A stretch of DNA of 62,939 nucleotides, filler included, from Reticulomyxa filosa (lineage: Eukaryota > Protista > Foraminifera), in assembly GCA_000512085.1 (NCBI GenBank). It is 16 parts of 16 records of this genome, joined end to end, with 100 filler letters (N's around TTAATTAATTAA, not from the genome) between each part and the next. Parts side by side here need not be neighbours in the genome. Positions count along the whole stretch, not along the records: positions 15,944 to 26,080 come from ASPP01019601.1; positions 26,181 to 28,963 come from ASPP01038883.1; positions 29,064 to 30,804 come from ASPP01047545.1; positions 30,905 to 31,933 come from ASPP01045056.1; positions 32,034 to 33,978 come from ASPP01006957.1; positions 34,079 to 39,764 come from ASPP01023668.1; 10 more parts are not named here. One strand, 5' to 3'. The position numbers were made by a program, and so were the translations under genes. Below the pieces are notes generated by a model. The model ran no database searches. It saw nothing but the letters and a program-made list of their open reading frames with translations, and was not told the DNA's origin. Shown piece after piece: positions 25,077-38,573 of the stretch. Every line of letters begins with the position of its first letter. The stretch's first letter is position 1.

Positions 25077-26080
25077 ATGTTACTTTTACCCGAGGAAGAG
25101 ACAAAGAATCCAGGCGTTGAAGATGGGCTAAGTTTTGAGCAGGCGTGCTTTAGCACAGAATGGATATTACAGACAAGTGAAAAAAAAGAGGCCACTCATT
25201 TAGCTTGTTTTATTTGCAGAAAGACAGTAAACACGCCAGTCAAAATTACTTGCAGTCAACATAACGATGTCGACAAATTATTAATTGTTGGAGAAAATTG
25301 CTTGAAGCAACACCTGGAAAAAAACAACAAATGCCCAATTGATAAGCACGACGGTTGCCAGTACACAAAAAACGAGGCTGCACAAGTGCAAGTGAATGCT
25401 TTAACTGTGATATGTCCAAGACAATATGAACGAGCATTGAAGAAAGCAGTAGAAGGCCAGAATGAACAAATACGGTGTGATTTCAAAGGAAAAATGCAAG
25501 AGTTGAACAAGCACTTGAATGGAGATTGTTCATTGAGACCAGTTGAATGTATGTTCAAACAGTTTGGATGCACTTACTCGTGTTTACAAGGTGAAATGCA
25601 ATCACATTTGGAGTCCAACATAAGTTTCCATCATAATTTGACCTTAATGCAACTCAAGGAAATGCAACAAGCCATTCAAAAGGAGCGAGTTAGGCCACGT
25701 TTTTTTTTTGTTTTTTTTTTCCAAAGATACATTTAACAAAATACATACAAACAATGATATCCGAATAGGAAGACATACAATGTGAAAAAATGGAACTACA
25801 ACAGGAAAAAATGAAATTAAAATGTGATATTGACATATGTAAGCAAGTTATGTGAATTCATCTTGATGGTGATGGTGTAGGTTATTTGAAACTGTGTAAA
25901 AGAAAAAGGATATGTTTGTGTATTGACATATAGGAAAATGAAAGACAAGCAGAGATGTTAAAAAACGCGGAACAAGACATTGAGTTGTTTCATAAACACA
26001 ATGTTAGCTTGGTCAATGAGAATGCTTCGTTGAAAAAGCAAGCACAGCAGGGACATAGAGAAGAGTTGATAGTTTTCATA
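25077..26080 (+). CDS. RING-like plus TRAF-type zinc finger protein with coiled coil, 3' partial
   Basis: CFICRK...TCSQH...GENCL...CPIDKHDGC; CDFKGKMQELNKHLNGDC...CMFKQFGC...HL...H. Confidence 0.88.
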
Positions 26081-26180
26081 NNNNNNNNNNNNNNNNNNNN
26101 NNNNNNNNNNNNNNNNNNNNNNNNTTAATTAATTAANNNNNNNNNNNNNNNNNNNNNNNNNNNNNNNNNNNNNNNNNNNN

Positions 26181-28963
26181 CACAATGACCCCACATGGCT
26201 GACAATACAAAGTGGACGTACCACCACAACGACAGCAATTGAGCAAAAATGAGCAAACGATCTCCCCGCAATTTCGACACAAAAAATGGACAAGTATATA
26301 TTATATTATGTATATGTGTAGCTCTACATCTTACCTAAAATTTTGTAGAAACATTTTTCTACTTGAAAATTATCTGATAATTATTTTTCACTTTGATCTT
26401 ATGTAATGAATAGAAAACAATCAAATTGAGTGGAAAAATGCATTGGACGATGTGGTCACTGGTGTATCGAAAGGTCAATTGCTGGTTTGCGATTCGTTAA
26501 AATGGGATAGTCCAATGAGCTGAAGTGGATCAGCAATTTAAAAAAAAAAGTTATAATTTTTTCATTTAATAATTCAATACTTTTTCATCTAAAAGAACAA
26601 CACAAAAACACATTATCTTTAAATATAACATTTGTAATTTGAAATAATCAATAGATGCAAAGTAAGTGATGCGCAATTGAATAGCGATACCAAATAAGTA
26701 TTGCTCGATCTTGTGGTGGACATGGCGCAATGGAAGATCGTCGTCGAATCAAATGATTGATCTAAGTTATAATTGATTTTTTTTTTGTTAATAATGTTAC
26801 ATTTATTTAAATATATACGTATTTAAACAATAAATATGTACATATTTTTTTTTTTTGTATAGACAATGGACCAGATGCAAAAAAAAAAGGGAGTAGAAGA
26901 CAACACAGTCTCCGAAAGGAGTGAACAAGGTTTGTCTATTTTTCTTTTTTTAAAAAAATGTTCAAATGTTGTGTATTTGTGTAATAATAGTTACCGGTCA
27001 ATGTTGTTATGTTTATTATTCCCCCTCCACACACACAAAATGGGGTTGAAGGCCATCCCGTTTACGAGATTAGGGCTAGAGGTATGATATATATATATTC
27101 CTTTTATTATATAATGTAAATGTGTGTATGTGTGATAATAGGAATTCCCCCGCACAAAGAAAAAATTATTTATTTTTTTGGTCCCCTCCCAATATATAAA
27201 CAAATAAAAAAAATTGTTTGAGTGTCTTTATATAGGAAAAAAAAGTGATGGACTCGAGCTCCAATTGGTATATATATTTTTTGTTGTTTTTTAAAAAATA
27301 AAAAAATTTGATTGTGTGTAAATAGATGCAGAACGCAAACAGGTCCAGATCCAAAGACGTTATTTTAAAAAAAATTGTGAAAGGTGGTGAGGGAAAAAAA
27401 GATAAATAATAAATAAAAGTGGGAAAAAAAAGGGTGAAAAAGAAAGAAGGGAAAAGAAAAATAATAATTGAAAAAAGGGAGGAAAAAAGGAAGAATAAGT
27501 AAAGAAGGGAGGAAAATAGGAGAATAAAGGATAAAAGGGGAGAAAAAAAAGAATAAAGTAAGTAGAAAAAAAATTAAAGAAAAAAGAAAAAAAAAGATTA
27601 CAATTATGATTTTTTATAAGTTGGAGTAATAATTCCAAAAAATAATTGTATACTGGCAAATGCCAGCATTAATAGTTAAGTAAAAAAAATATTTTGTATA
27701 TAACATATTAAAATAAAAAATATAGACAGCAAACAAGTAACAATAAAAAACATATACTATTACACGTATTCTCACTTTCAATACTACTTGTGTGTGTTTC
27801 TCTTTTTTTTTTGCAATACTGTTTTTTTTAATTATAGATGGCAAGGAAAAACGAAAGTAGATGTCGTGCGTGTGAAAAATAAAAAAAAGAAGATGAATGA
27901 TCGTCAATAGGTGTTTGTGGATGGAATGTTATAGTTGTCCCGGACCAACAAGTATTGATTAGGTTTTATATTTCATTTTAATTCAAAGAAATTTAAAAAA
28001 ACAAAATAAAAAAAAGATTGTTATCAAAATAAATTTATTTGATATACAGATTTGGAGCCGAAGTCTTGTGTTTAGTTTGCATATCCGGAAGAAACCTTTT
28101 AGGAATGAACACGACTGATCTGTCGTACAGTACCGTGGAGTCTCGATATTATGAAAACCGACGTCATGTGCAAAGAAACCGACACATCAAAAGCATTGTG
28201 GATGTGTGGCTTACTCGAAGAATCATTTCGAATACGAATGCCCACTGATATTGTCAATGATGCAAAGAGCGCATTTGTCCAGCTGTAAAAAAGTTCCATT
28301 TGAGGAAGGAGACTGAAATAGTTTGTCACTACCCTAGGGATATTGTGTGCCGACTTTGTCCAAATACCAAGGAGATATGGACTATTAATTTGATCTATTT
28401 GCAAAAAGAAGACATATTATGGAATTGTATTGTAGTGTTTTTATTTAATCTCCAAGCAGTATATAATGGAAATCTACATTGCATGCGCCATCACCGAGGC
28501 CTTTACTCGCAATCGCATCATCACCTTTTATTAGTCATTTCGAGTCAAATTGTCATAGTACGTAGGGATATAACTACCCGTTGAAGAAATTGATCACAAC
28601 AATTTCTTGTTTCAATTCGGAACCACATTACGATTTACCTTCCAATCAAACATGAGTATCAATGCGGTTCGGGATATTGATTGTGTTCCAAGTGGATCGT
28701 TGGAAAGAAACGTGCAATGCATGTGGTTTAATGACTATAGCGCAGTCCATCATTTGCTTGTAATCCAAGTGGCTCTCCATTGTCATTCGTGCGATCAAGC
28801 AATGTCAAAATGTACTAGCAAATTTGGGCACGTATTACAAAAAGGCCACATTCAACCAAAGGAATATATCCCCGATAATTGAATGTTACCTCCAAATTGT
28901 CGTACCAAATACGAGTGAAAAAAAGCGTCATATTCGGGAAGTAAATAGATATTATTTCAAACA
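26181..28963 (+). pseudogene. Decayed multi-exon gene remnant of unknown family
   Basis: GC-richer, codon-like blocks (about 26181-26295, 26413-26540, 26655-26760, 28050-28940) are separated by intron-like AT tracts but contain many stops and frameshifts. Confidence 0.4.
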
Positions 28964-30904
28964 NNNNNNNNNNNNNNNNNNNNNNNNNNNNNNNNNNNNN
29001 NNNNNNNTTAATTAATTAANNNNNNNNNNNNNNNNNNNNNNNNNNNNNNNNNNNNNNNNNNNNCATTAGAAATATTGAATTTCATTTACAACAATAAAAG
29101 AAAGAAAAAATGAACAAATAATTGCATGATTGCAATGTGGACCAGGTTAAAAAACGAGAAACGGAAGTGTATGTACTGAAAAAAAATCTTTGCTTGCTCG
29201 ACATGGCAAAGACCAAGCGAAACTCAATAAACTAGACTGTCACGTGTTAATACTACAGTCACTATTGCAGCAAGCAAATCAATAAATCCGATATCTTGGC
29301 AAGCGGTTGATACAGGCAAAAACCTTTGTGAATGCAAGGCCTGGTATATCAATTAATTTTAACATCTCCAGCATCAACACAGATAGCAACAATAGTAATT
29401 TCAATTATACGAATAAAACAATGAACAAAGAACAAACACAATTGTCGGAGAAATTGTTGAATACGTTACGAAAATGGTTTTACTGCTACCAACTACAATG
29501 ACATTGGTAATTGAAAATTATTAGCATAACATATTAACTTCTTATCACTACAATTTTATTATTAACTATATTTTTCATCAAACAGTACTTTGTCTTTGTC
29601 GACATAAAATAATTTTTTGTTTGTATGTACTTGTCGATGTACAGATATGAAATGCTTTGATTTTTTTTTTAAAAAGGAAATGTTCCACATTATTGCGGCC
29701 ATCAAACCGACTATTTTTGAGCATCATTTGTCCTCACCTGAACTTCAAGTTTAGAAACGCGATATTTTTTTTTTTTTTTGTAAGTACATGTTTAAAACTT
29801 TTTTAAAGAATAATGTTGTGGAATTGTCTTTAAAAAAAAAAAACGTACAAACACTAATTATCTATTTAAAAACAGTTTACACGTACGTACAATACAGATT
29901 AAAAAACAAGACTTTACATCCAAAGTATTATTTTTAAAACATGGGACAATTTACTTGGAAATGGTCGTAGAAAACATGGTTGTTGCTCCTTGGATAATTT
30001 TTATAAAAAGAAAATTCATTGGATGGGCCTAATGCATTCAACAAATAGCCCAAACACAACCAATACGTTTTCAACTCAGGATCGCCTTTACTAAGCCAAA
30101 TAATCTAATTATAAAAAGAGCGACCATACAACCCTTTTTTTTTTTATTTGAAAAATAGAAATAATGTCTTTGTTGACATTGCCTTCAATAAATAATTTTT
30201 TTGGACCAATTTTGGTGTTTTTTATTATTTGGTTATGTTCTAATAATTGATGTTTTTTTGGACTTTGATTTTTATTTTGAATGATAATTAAAAAAAGGAC
30301 ATGAACCAATTTAATCAATACCAGACCAGCCAAATGTCATAACAAATGTTTTTTTTTTCTGAAAATGAAAAATGATGACTGCAAGACGTTGTTGAGTTTT
30401 TTCAAAACTGGGTCATTTTTTGTGGTTTTTGGGTCATTTTTGAACCGATTATCATAAAAAAAGTACTTTTTTTCCAAAAAAAAAATTTCCAAAAGTCTTA
30501 AATGGGGGGGATGTTGTTCAAATTTTTTTATGCTGGTTTTTTTAATGTGTCTTTTTTGACAACCAAGAATACCGCTCCAGTGTCATTTGTTCAAAGAAAA
30601 GAAACGAGAAAGAGTGTTAGAAGCAAATCATGGAAGTAAATAGTCGAATGACAACATTGTGGAAGTCAACTCAACGACAGAAGACTCAAAGATATAACGA
30701 AACGAAGAACAATAACTCAACCATTGAGCCAGCAGTTAAAAAAGATCAAGTGATTGGTTGGCAAGTATGTTGTCCACATAGTCGAGCACAAGATTGTGCA
30801 ATTGNNNNNNNNNNNNNNNNNNNNNNNNNNNNNNNNNNNNNNNNNNNNTTAATTAATTAANNNNNNNNNNNNNNNNNNNNNNNNNNNNNNNNNNNNNNNN
30901 NNNN

Positions 30905-31716
30905 CAAAATTGGTAAATGGAGTGGATTTTTTGTTGGTAACTGGAAAGGAGCAAAATATAAAGCTTGAGAATAACAAATGGCGCGATTTCAAGTTTGGAG
31001 TGTATTTATTGGGAGATTACAATATATTGACAGTGAATTGCGATCTAGACATGGGCCATTTGAAGCTCAAGACCAGTCATTTATGGATTGCAAAGACCTG
31101 TTATATATCGTGCTCTAAATTAGGCTATCCATCTGAAAAAGGACCTGGCAAAGGTGAAAATGGCTCCAAAGAGCTACGTGGAGGCGGAGGGGCAAGTTAT
31201 GGTACAAAAGGGCGTACATTTAATTTTGTGAATAGCCACGGAAAGAATGGTCAATTATATGGAGAAAATACATTACTGAAGGAAATTCATTTTGGTAGTG
31301 GAGGTGGCCGTGCAAAGTACAAGTCCTATCCTTTGAAAGGAGGAAATGGAGGAGGGATCATTGAAATTATTGTGCAACAACAAATCATCAATGATGGTTG
31401 CATCGAATGCGATGGAGATTGTGGAATTTGTATGAGCTATCTTGGAGGTCTCAAAAATGTTGGAGCTGGTGGAGGAAGCGGTGGCTCTATTCTTATTGTG
31501 GTGCAAGCTCCATCTAATGTTCCTCAAAAGTTTGGAGTGATCAACTGTTTGGGTAGAGGCAGAGCTGGACATGGAAGAATTGCCATTTATACCAGATGCA
31601 ACATGAGGTATAGATCTATCTCCGCTATGCCATCTTGCTATCTTTCAAGTTTAATTCCAAAAGAAGAGTTTATTATGAAAAGAGATAGAAATGTTCTCCA
31701 AACAAGTAATAATTAA
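30905..31716 (+). CDS. Glycine-rich domain protein (expanded family), 5' partial
   Basis: LGYPSEKGPGKG...GGGGASYGTKG...FGSGGG...GGNGGGIIEI...GGGSGGSI...GHGRIAI; open frame to stop at 31716. Confidence 0.8.
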
Positions 31717-32107
31717 TTAAAATAACACTGAAATTGTTTAATTTATGTTATTTTATGCTTAAAAATTTGATTTTAATGATTCTAGAATAATGAATGGAGT
31801 GTTTAAAAATTACAAACACAATTTGTTGATTTCTGTATTTCATTTAGACAAATGTATACACTTGATTGAGAGAGTGAATAAACACAGCTTTATTATTTCT
31901 TTTTTTTGTTGTGTGATCAAGAAATAATGCCAANNNNNNNNNNNNNNNNNNNNNNNNNNNNNNNNNNNNNNNNNNNNTTAATTAATTAANNNNNNNNNNN
32001 NNNNNNNNNNNNNNNNNNNNNNNNNNNNNNNNNTTTTTTTTTTTGAGGGTAATGCTCGTGTTTTTTTTTTTTTTTTTACTTTTCATTAACAACAGACGGC
32101 TTAACAT

Positions 32108-32511
32108 TTCTGTGTGTCATTGTGCTGCGCCACATTGGTCGCAGTCAACTTCATTTGTTCAATCTGAACAGACATTGCTTTATCTTCCAGTATACTGCTA
32201 TCCATTTCCTCCTTTGTTGGATGGCTGTGTGCTTCCTTTGCGTCACTGCTCTCACTTTCAGTGTCACTCTCACTGTCTATGTATCGCTCAATATTGACAC
32301 CGGTAATCGGCGCAGACACAAATTCCATGTGCTCAGGCTTCGCCATAATTACTGTGTCACTATTTACCAGTTGCACAGGGTACCTTTGAGAAAGCTTACG
32401 AAAGTCTCCGGCTATAAACCCGAATTTGTTATTGAATGATTGATTGGAGCGCAAGTTTACAATGCGCACTTGCGTACCAAATTCGTACATTGGGACGGTC
32501 TGATCTGCCAT
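32108..32511 (-). CDS. First exon of a protein with an N-terminal SH3-like beta-barrel, 3' partial
   Basis: MADQ...GTQVRIVNLRSNQSFNNKFGFI...RYPVQL...IMAKPEHM resembles the G..V.I.GL....NG..G...RY.V......KP.NL module. Confidence 0.6.
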
Positions 32512-34078
32512 GATAAACTTAAGACTTTTTATCCACAAATAAAGTTTCCCGTTGATTTTTTAGTAAAAGTACCTGATCAATGAACTACAAAATGCGTTTA
32601 ATCAAATTAATGTTAACAAAGTGTTCATGTAGAATAAAAAATAGTTATTGAAAATGGTATTATCTTTATAAAAATAGCTCCTAAAAGGATGAATGCATAG
32701 CGTTGTCTCTGTAACTGCTTAAAAATAAACAAAAAAATTATATATCCAAATTGCACATAGAAAGAAAACAGCTTGTTTTTTTTAGCGCAATTCGGAGATA
32801 ACAATACTTGCAAATATTTCCAAAGATATTTGAAAAAGATTTTAAAATGAACAACTACATCAAAAACGAAAACGAAAGAAATAAGATACTAACCAATAGT
32901 ATTTTTATTTCGAACTCAATGCAAAATGGATGTACATCCAAAAAACTAATACGACTGTCAATAGATTTACGAATTGCAATTGTAGAACCTTATCAAAAAT
33001 TGCTTAGACATTATGTCTCATTTTCAATAACAAAAACAAGAATCTTTAAATTTATATTGACCAATATTATATAAGCCAACTGAATTACGAAATATATAAA
33101 TACTGTAATAACGTACAAACATATATCATGTTATAGTTATCACAACAATTATAAAAAGAAAGAGGTAGTGTGAATAGTATATGATTCGATTAAAAACTGA
33201 ATACATTAAGGCAAAAATGTAAATTGAATGAAACAATATTAAATTATTATATCGTTAGTCAAAAGCTCCTCATTAATTCACACACATTATAATTCAATTG
33301 AACAAGCAAGTCAACAAAAAGAAAATGGAAAAGTGTGAATTTGTTTTCTGTAAGAAACAATAATCAATATTATCAAAATTAAACAACTATATACCAAATA
33401 TATTTAAAGATCAAATTGAAACAAGTATATAAAGTTTCTTTGAAAAAAGAAAACGAAAAGCTAAATTTTAAACTATATGAAAATAGACTTAACATTTTAT
33501 CGAAAGTAAAAAATGTGGCAAAAATAGATTGCAAAAATGAACAAATTACAATAATATAAAATGAGCAAACATCAAAATGCAGCTTGTTGTTAATATTGTA
33601 GCTTATTGAATATGTACAAGATGCAAACATATAACTTATTGCTCAAGAAAATGTAAACTTGATAATTTTGAAGATCATAATTGTCAACTATTTCAAATAG
33701 ATTGAAGACACTGAACTAAATAATATCAAAAACACTACAGTCAAAACAATAAATATTACATCAGTACAAATAAATTTTCTCTATTATAAATCGTTAGATC
33801 AATTAATATGACTTGTGCACACTGTGCCATTTGGATTAGGTTTATGCTGATCAAGTGTTAATAAAGAATATCACTAATTAAAATAAATTATCGAAATAGT
33901 TTATTAAAGTTGGCTCAACATGTATATGTCTTAGGAGGTATTGTCTGATTTTTGCTTGTAGTAACTCCATTCCTTGTTNNNNNNNNNNNNNNNNNNNNNN
34001 NNNNNNNNNNNNNNNNNNNNNNTTAATTAATTAANNNNNNNNNNNNNNNNNNNNNNNNNNNNNNNNNNNNNNNNNNNN

Positions 34079-34118
<40 letters not shown>

Positions 34119-34164
34119 GTATGAATGTGTGAAGGATCTTTGCTCTCCACTAAAAAAAACAATA

Positions 34165-34380
34165 AATTTCTCCAGAAATTTCCTGCAGAAAATTTTGCCT
34201 TTTGCATTTTTGAAGCTATTTCTTCTTCAATTTAACTGAAATCACCATCGATGATACATTTCTATTTAAGGGCATTGGTGCCATGGAAGCTGTTCCTAAA
34301 AATACAATCCGGTTAAAAAAAGCTTGTTTTGGTTGTGGCGGATTTTTTTTGTCATTATCCTTTGAATCAGTCTTGGACAT
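34165..34380 (-). CDS. Ribonuclease Z (ELAC-type metallo-beta-lactamase), 5' exons only
   Basis: IVFLGTASMAPMPLNRNVSSMVIS, then micro-exon EISGEIY; this matches the RNase Z N-terminal LGT...P...RN motif. Confidence 0.8.
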
Positions 34381-35116
34381 GGTATTAAAACAAAGTTTTG
34401 ACCAATGACACCTCAAAGAAAATGATGCCAATAAATGTAATCGGGCCAAGGATATTCTTGGAAAACAACCCAACATTCTCAAAAAAGCTGATACACATTT
34501 AGCCGCATAGATAAAATATCTCTTCTTTTATTGCATTTGTTCTCATGTTATTCTTTTCATTTTGTTCTGTAGGAAAAAATTGACAGATAAAACAGCGCTT
34601 TACAAGGAAAGAGATTCCTACATTTTAAAATCTAGCTTATCGTAAAAAAACGAATAGCTACTATAAAATTAAAGTTCGAGTATACTTTTAAAAAATGGAG
34701 CAAGTCCAAATAAAATAAAAGAGTTTAAAAATTGTACATAATATGACGTTTTTTCTCATTATTTTATTCAAATGTTAAAAAAATTTTGGAAAGAATTGTC
34801 GTGTACATTTTTAATTTGTTCATGAAATAATTGTATTCTTTCTTTTGAGACTAAAAGACAAGATTTTTTATTTTTTGGTCTCTTTACTTTTTAATTTAAA
34901 AGATTTATTGTATTTCTTTCTATCAACAGTTTCTATTTGATGGAATAGGCTGTGAAAATGCTTATGCTTATGATGAGAACGTACCGAATATATCCATTTT
35001 TTGTTGCTTGTATTTAGGACCAACTTGGTTGCAAACTTACTTTGGACAGGGCAAACTCTTTGAACTGAAGAAGGGATTTTCGAAGAACAATAATCAACAT
35101 TCCTAGAATCCGATCT

Positions 35117-37252
35117 ATGTCCGTAGAAGAAGAACTTTGTGGTTTGGGCTTCGAGCGTTTTTGGGTTCTCCAAGCTTTAGAATTGACTGGGAACAGCAAA
35201 GATCTTGCGATTGAATGGTTCAACTCCTTTTCGTTTCTTTTAGAAAATGAAATTGGAAAACTGTAATCGACTTTTTAAAAAAAACATGGATTTTTTTAAA
35301 AAAGGCTTATTTCTGATGAATTTACAAAAGCAAAGCAAGAATATGAAGAGATGCAAAGAGAACAAAGCACAAGAGTGAATGAAGTACCGAAGCAAGGACC
35401 AGTTCGAAGCAAAGGAGAAAGCATCGGATTCCACGAGGATGTCGAGCTGATCGGAGGCTCCGATAGTGACGAGAACATGATTGCCCCAAAGGATAAAGAC
35501 AACAGTAATGTTCAAAATGAAGAAAATGGAGGAGGTATACTACTTATATAAGCCACAAATATAAAATGTAATATAATAAACTCAGTTACAAATGTAGCAG
35601 ATTGCATATTGCAATCACTTTGTGCTTTTTTCACATATACATATATATATATACATATATATAAAATAAAAGCATACATGCTTTCAAATAATGTTATACG
35701 TATAAACAAACAAAAAATTTTGTTTAACTGAAACGGAAAAGATGAAGAAATCGAAGTTGAATGGAGTGTAAAGAGTAATGAGAATGACAACGAGACATTG
35801 GGCAGGGAAGAGAGTGTGGAAAATGTAGAGTTGATTAGTAATGGGGCTGAAGTGATTAAAGTCCGAACGAGCATCCCATTAAAACCACCAAGCGACATCC
35901 ACCTCAATTCCAAAGAAGCAAATGACATAAGCAACGTTAGTACGAATATCAATGGCAGCAATGATCCACCCAAGTCCGAGGCAATTGAGCCACTTTTGGA
36001 TATTCCACCAAACGAACAAGTTTTTTTTTTTTAAATTATTAAAAAAAAAAAAGGATCAAATTTTTAAAAAAAAAAAAAAATTAAATGTGATAGAAAGAAG
36101 CAGCGATCGAATGGCAATGCAACACGTGCGGCATGACGAATTTGGATTCAGCAAAGAGTTGCACGCGATGTCAAAAGTGGCGACCGTCGGAGAAATGTTG
36201 GGAGTGTGTGGTATGCACATTTGTGAACATGGAAATGGACCAGTTGTGTCAGATGTGCCTTTCGTACAATCCATTGGTACGACGAGCGTCCAATTCCTCG
36301 GCCTCGCTGCATCGTCTGTCGATGGACAAGAAGAGCGAAAAAGACTCCACGTGGGCATGTCCGTCGTGCTCGTACTTGAACATGGCAGCCACCAAAGGGT
36401 GTCTGCTGTGCGGCTATGAGCTCGGACAAACCGTCGTGGTGGGCGAGTCCCCATATCAGACCCAACAATACAATGGACCATCAGCACCACCACAGTCCAA
36501 GTCTAATCTGTTGGATATCAATGACTTGCAGCTGCCCGATCCGCCGCGACATGGCAATAGTTTTCACGACTTTGACGACTTTGATGAATTTGATGACAAT
36601 GACAATGACAATGACAGCGACAATGACAAGAACAAAGACAAAGACAAGACAAGAATAAAGCCAGTTCCAATCGTGGTGGAGGCAATCGAGGTGGACAGCA
36701 AATGGTAATGCTTGAACGCAAGAAGAAACCCGCAAAACAAAAAGAGCCCAGTCAGTCGGTGATCGATCGCAGAGGCTCCGACGAAATGTCTTCCATGCTT
36801 TCCTTGGATCATTCCTTGCAACAATCGTTCCGAGGCGGCGTCGTCGATGCCTCCATGGAAAAAGTCGTCAGTGATCAAGTTTGTTCTATTTTCTTCTTTC
36901 ATTGGCTCTAACTTTTGCCAACAAAAATAATGCGATACATACATATACATATGTACATATACATATATATACATATATATTTATATATATGTATATGTAT
37001 ATATTTATATAAACAAGTCGGATTTCGGCATTGGAGCCCTTGTAGAAGTATACTCTGCAACGAAGCAGCGGTGGATTGAAGGGAAAATCGAAAAAAAAAA
37101 GAAGGATATGTTGTGTGTGAAATATGAGCAAAACATGAAATGGCTGAAGCCTAGTTCCAAACAATTGAGAAGAAAGCAGAATAATGTGTCTGAGAAAGTG
37201 AATAGTAATGGATTCCAGCAAAGTGAAAAGGAGAAAAAAGAAAAAATGAATG

Positions 37253-37283
<31 letters not shown>

Positions 37284-38573
37284 GCAACAACAAGTGCACA
37301 ATGAATCACAAAATAACAATGGGATGAATGGATTACCTTCATTCATCCCATTATCCACGGAAGACGCCATTGTGAAGCTGAATGCCAATTTAGTCGACGT
37401 TGCCCCAAGTGCGCCGGAGATGCCTCACGTGGAACAAGAGGAAGAGCAGCAACAGCACGATTTCGCATTAGCGGTTCAATTAGGACAAGCGGACGTAGAT
37501 GTAGATGTTGATGTTGATGTAGAAGCGGGACAAGTCGAACACAGTTCCATTGAAAAATCAAACGAAAAAAGAAACAGTGGAACGACAGGAGTCGTGGCTT
37601 CTGCTCCTCCAGCTTCTGCCTCCATTTCTTCTTCAGCTGCTCTTGCACCACCTCCACCTCCTCCAGACGAATATTACATCATGGCTCTTTCGAAGAAAGA
37701 GGCTCGCGACAATGGCATTCAAGTATCAGATTCGCCCAATGTAATGGACGAAAAAGTGACGGACAATGGAGTAAACGAGTTTGACTACACCGTTACATTT
37801 GCAGAGTCAGTGCTGGGACTCGAACTCAGTCCCGACTTTTCTGGGAACAATTGTGTGGCCACACGTTGCATGTCCGAATATTCTCAGGACAATGTCGACG
37901 AAGGCAGTGTCATTCTTTCCATCAATGATATTCCTGTTCATGGCTGGACGTATGACGCCATTCGCGACGCTGTGAAAGAGGCCATCAAAAGCCCTCCGGT
38001 CACTATCACTTTTCGAAACAAACTAGACGCGCAACACGACAATGTATCCAATAGTTATAAACAATGGGTGGACAAAGAAAGGGGATATCTAAAAGTCAAA
38101 GTCATCGCCGGAATGCAACTCAAACATGCCGCTTCCTATACCGTTGTCCAAGTCGGAACTGCCAAACTATCCACCCGTTCTATTTCCAAGAATGAACATC
38201 CCGAATGGAACGAAACTGTCACTTTCAAAAATTTTAGACCTTCTTCCGATAAAAGTTTAGATACATACATGTATATATGCATATATGTACAAATACATAT
38301 ATATACGGTTATAGCTTTTCACTCATTATATTCTTTCATTACTCTTTGAATCACATTCTTATAGAGGCAACTGTACAAGTATTTGATCACAACAAATTAC
38401 GAAAAGACAAACTCATTGGACAGGCAGAGTTTAACTTACCTTTGGAATTCAACAAACTCCAAAGGGAAACGCTGGACCTGAAATCTTCCAAAGGAAAACT
38501 ATCTGGTATTCTCATTCTTCATGCCATTATTGTCAGTAGGGATAATACCATTAAGCACTTGAAAAGATTTTAA
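35117..38573 (+). CDS. Multidomain protein: UBA, 3x RanBP2-type zinc finger, Tudor/Agenet-like, polyQ, PDZ, C2
   Basis: MSVEEELCGLGFERFWVLQALELTGNSKDLAIEWL (UBA); three W.C..C...N......C..C fingers; GALVEVYS...WIEG; LGLEL...ILSINDIPV (PDZ); LKVKVIAG...HPEWNE...VFDHNKLRKDKLIG (C2). Introns include 35218-35304 and 36020-36093. Confidence 0.85.

Noticed and set aside
27360-27610. Purine-only tract giving a Phe-rich minus-strand ORF
   Set aside because: Low-complexity sequence with no protein signal.
29064-30804. Short ORFs on this contig (29307-29501, 30630 onward)
   Set aside because: No recognisable motifs, so no call can be supported.
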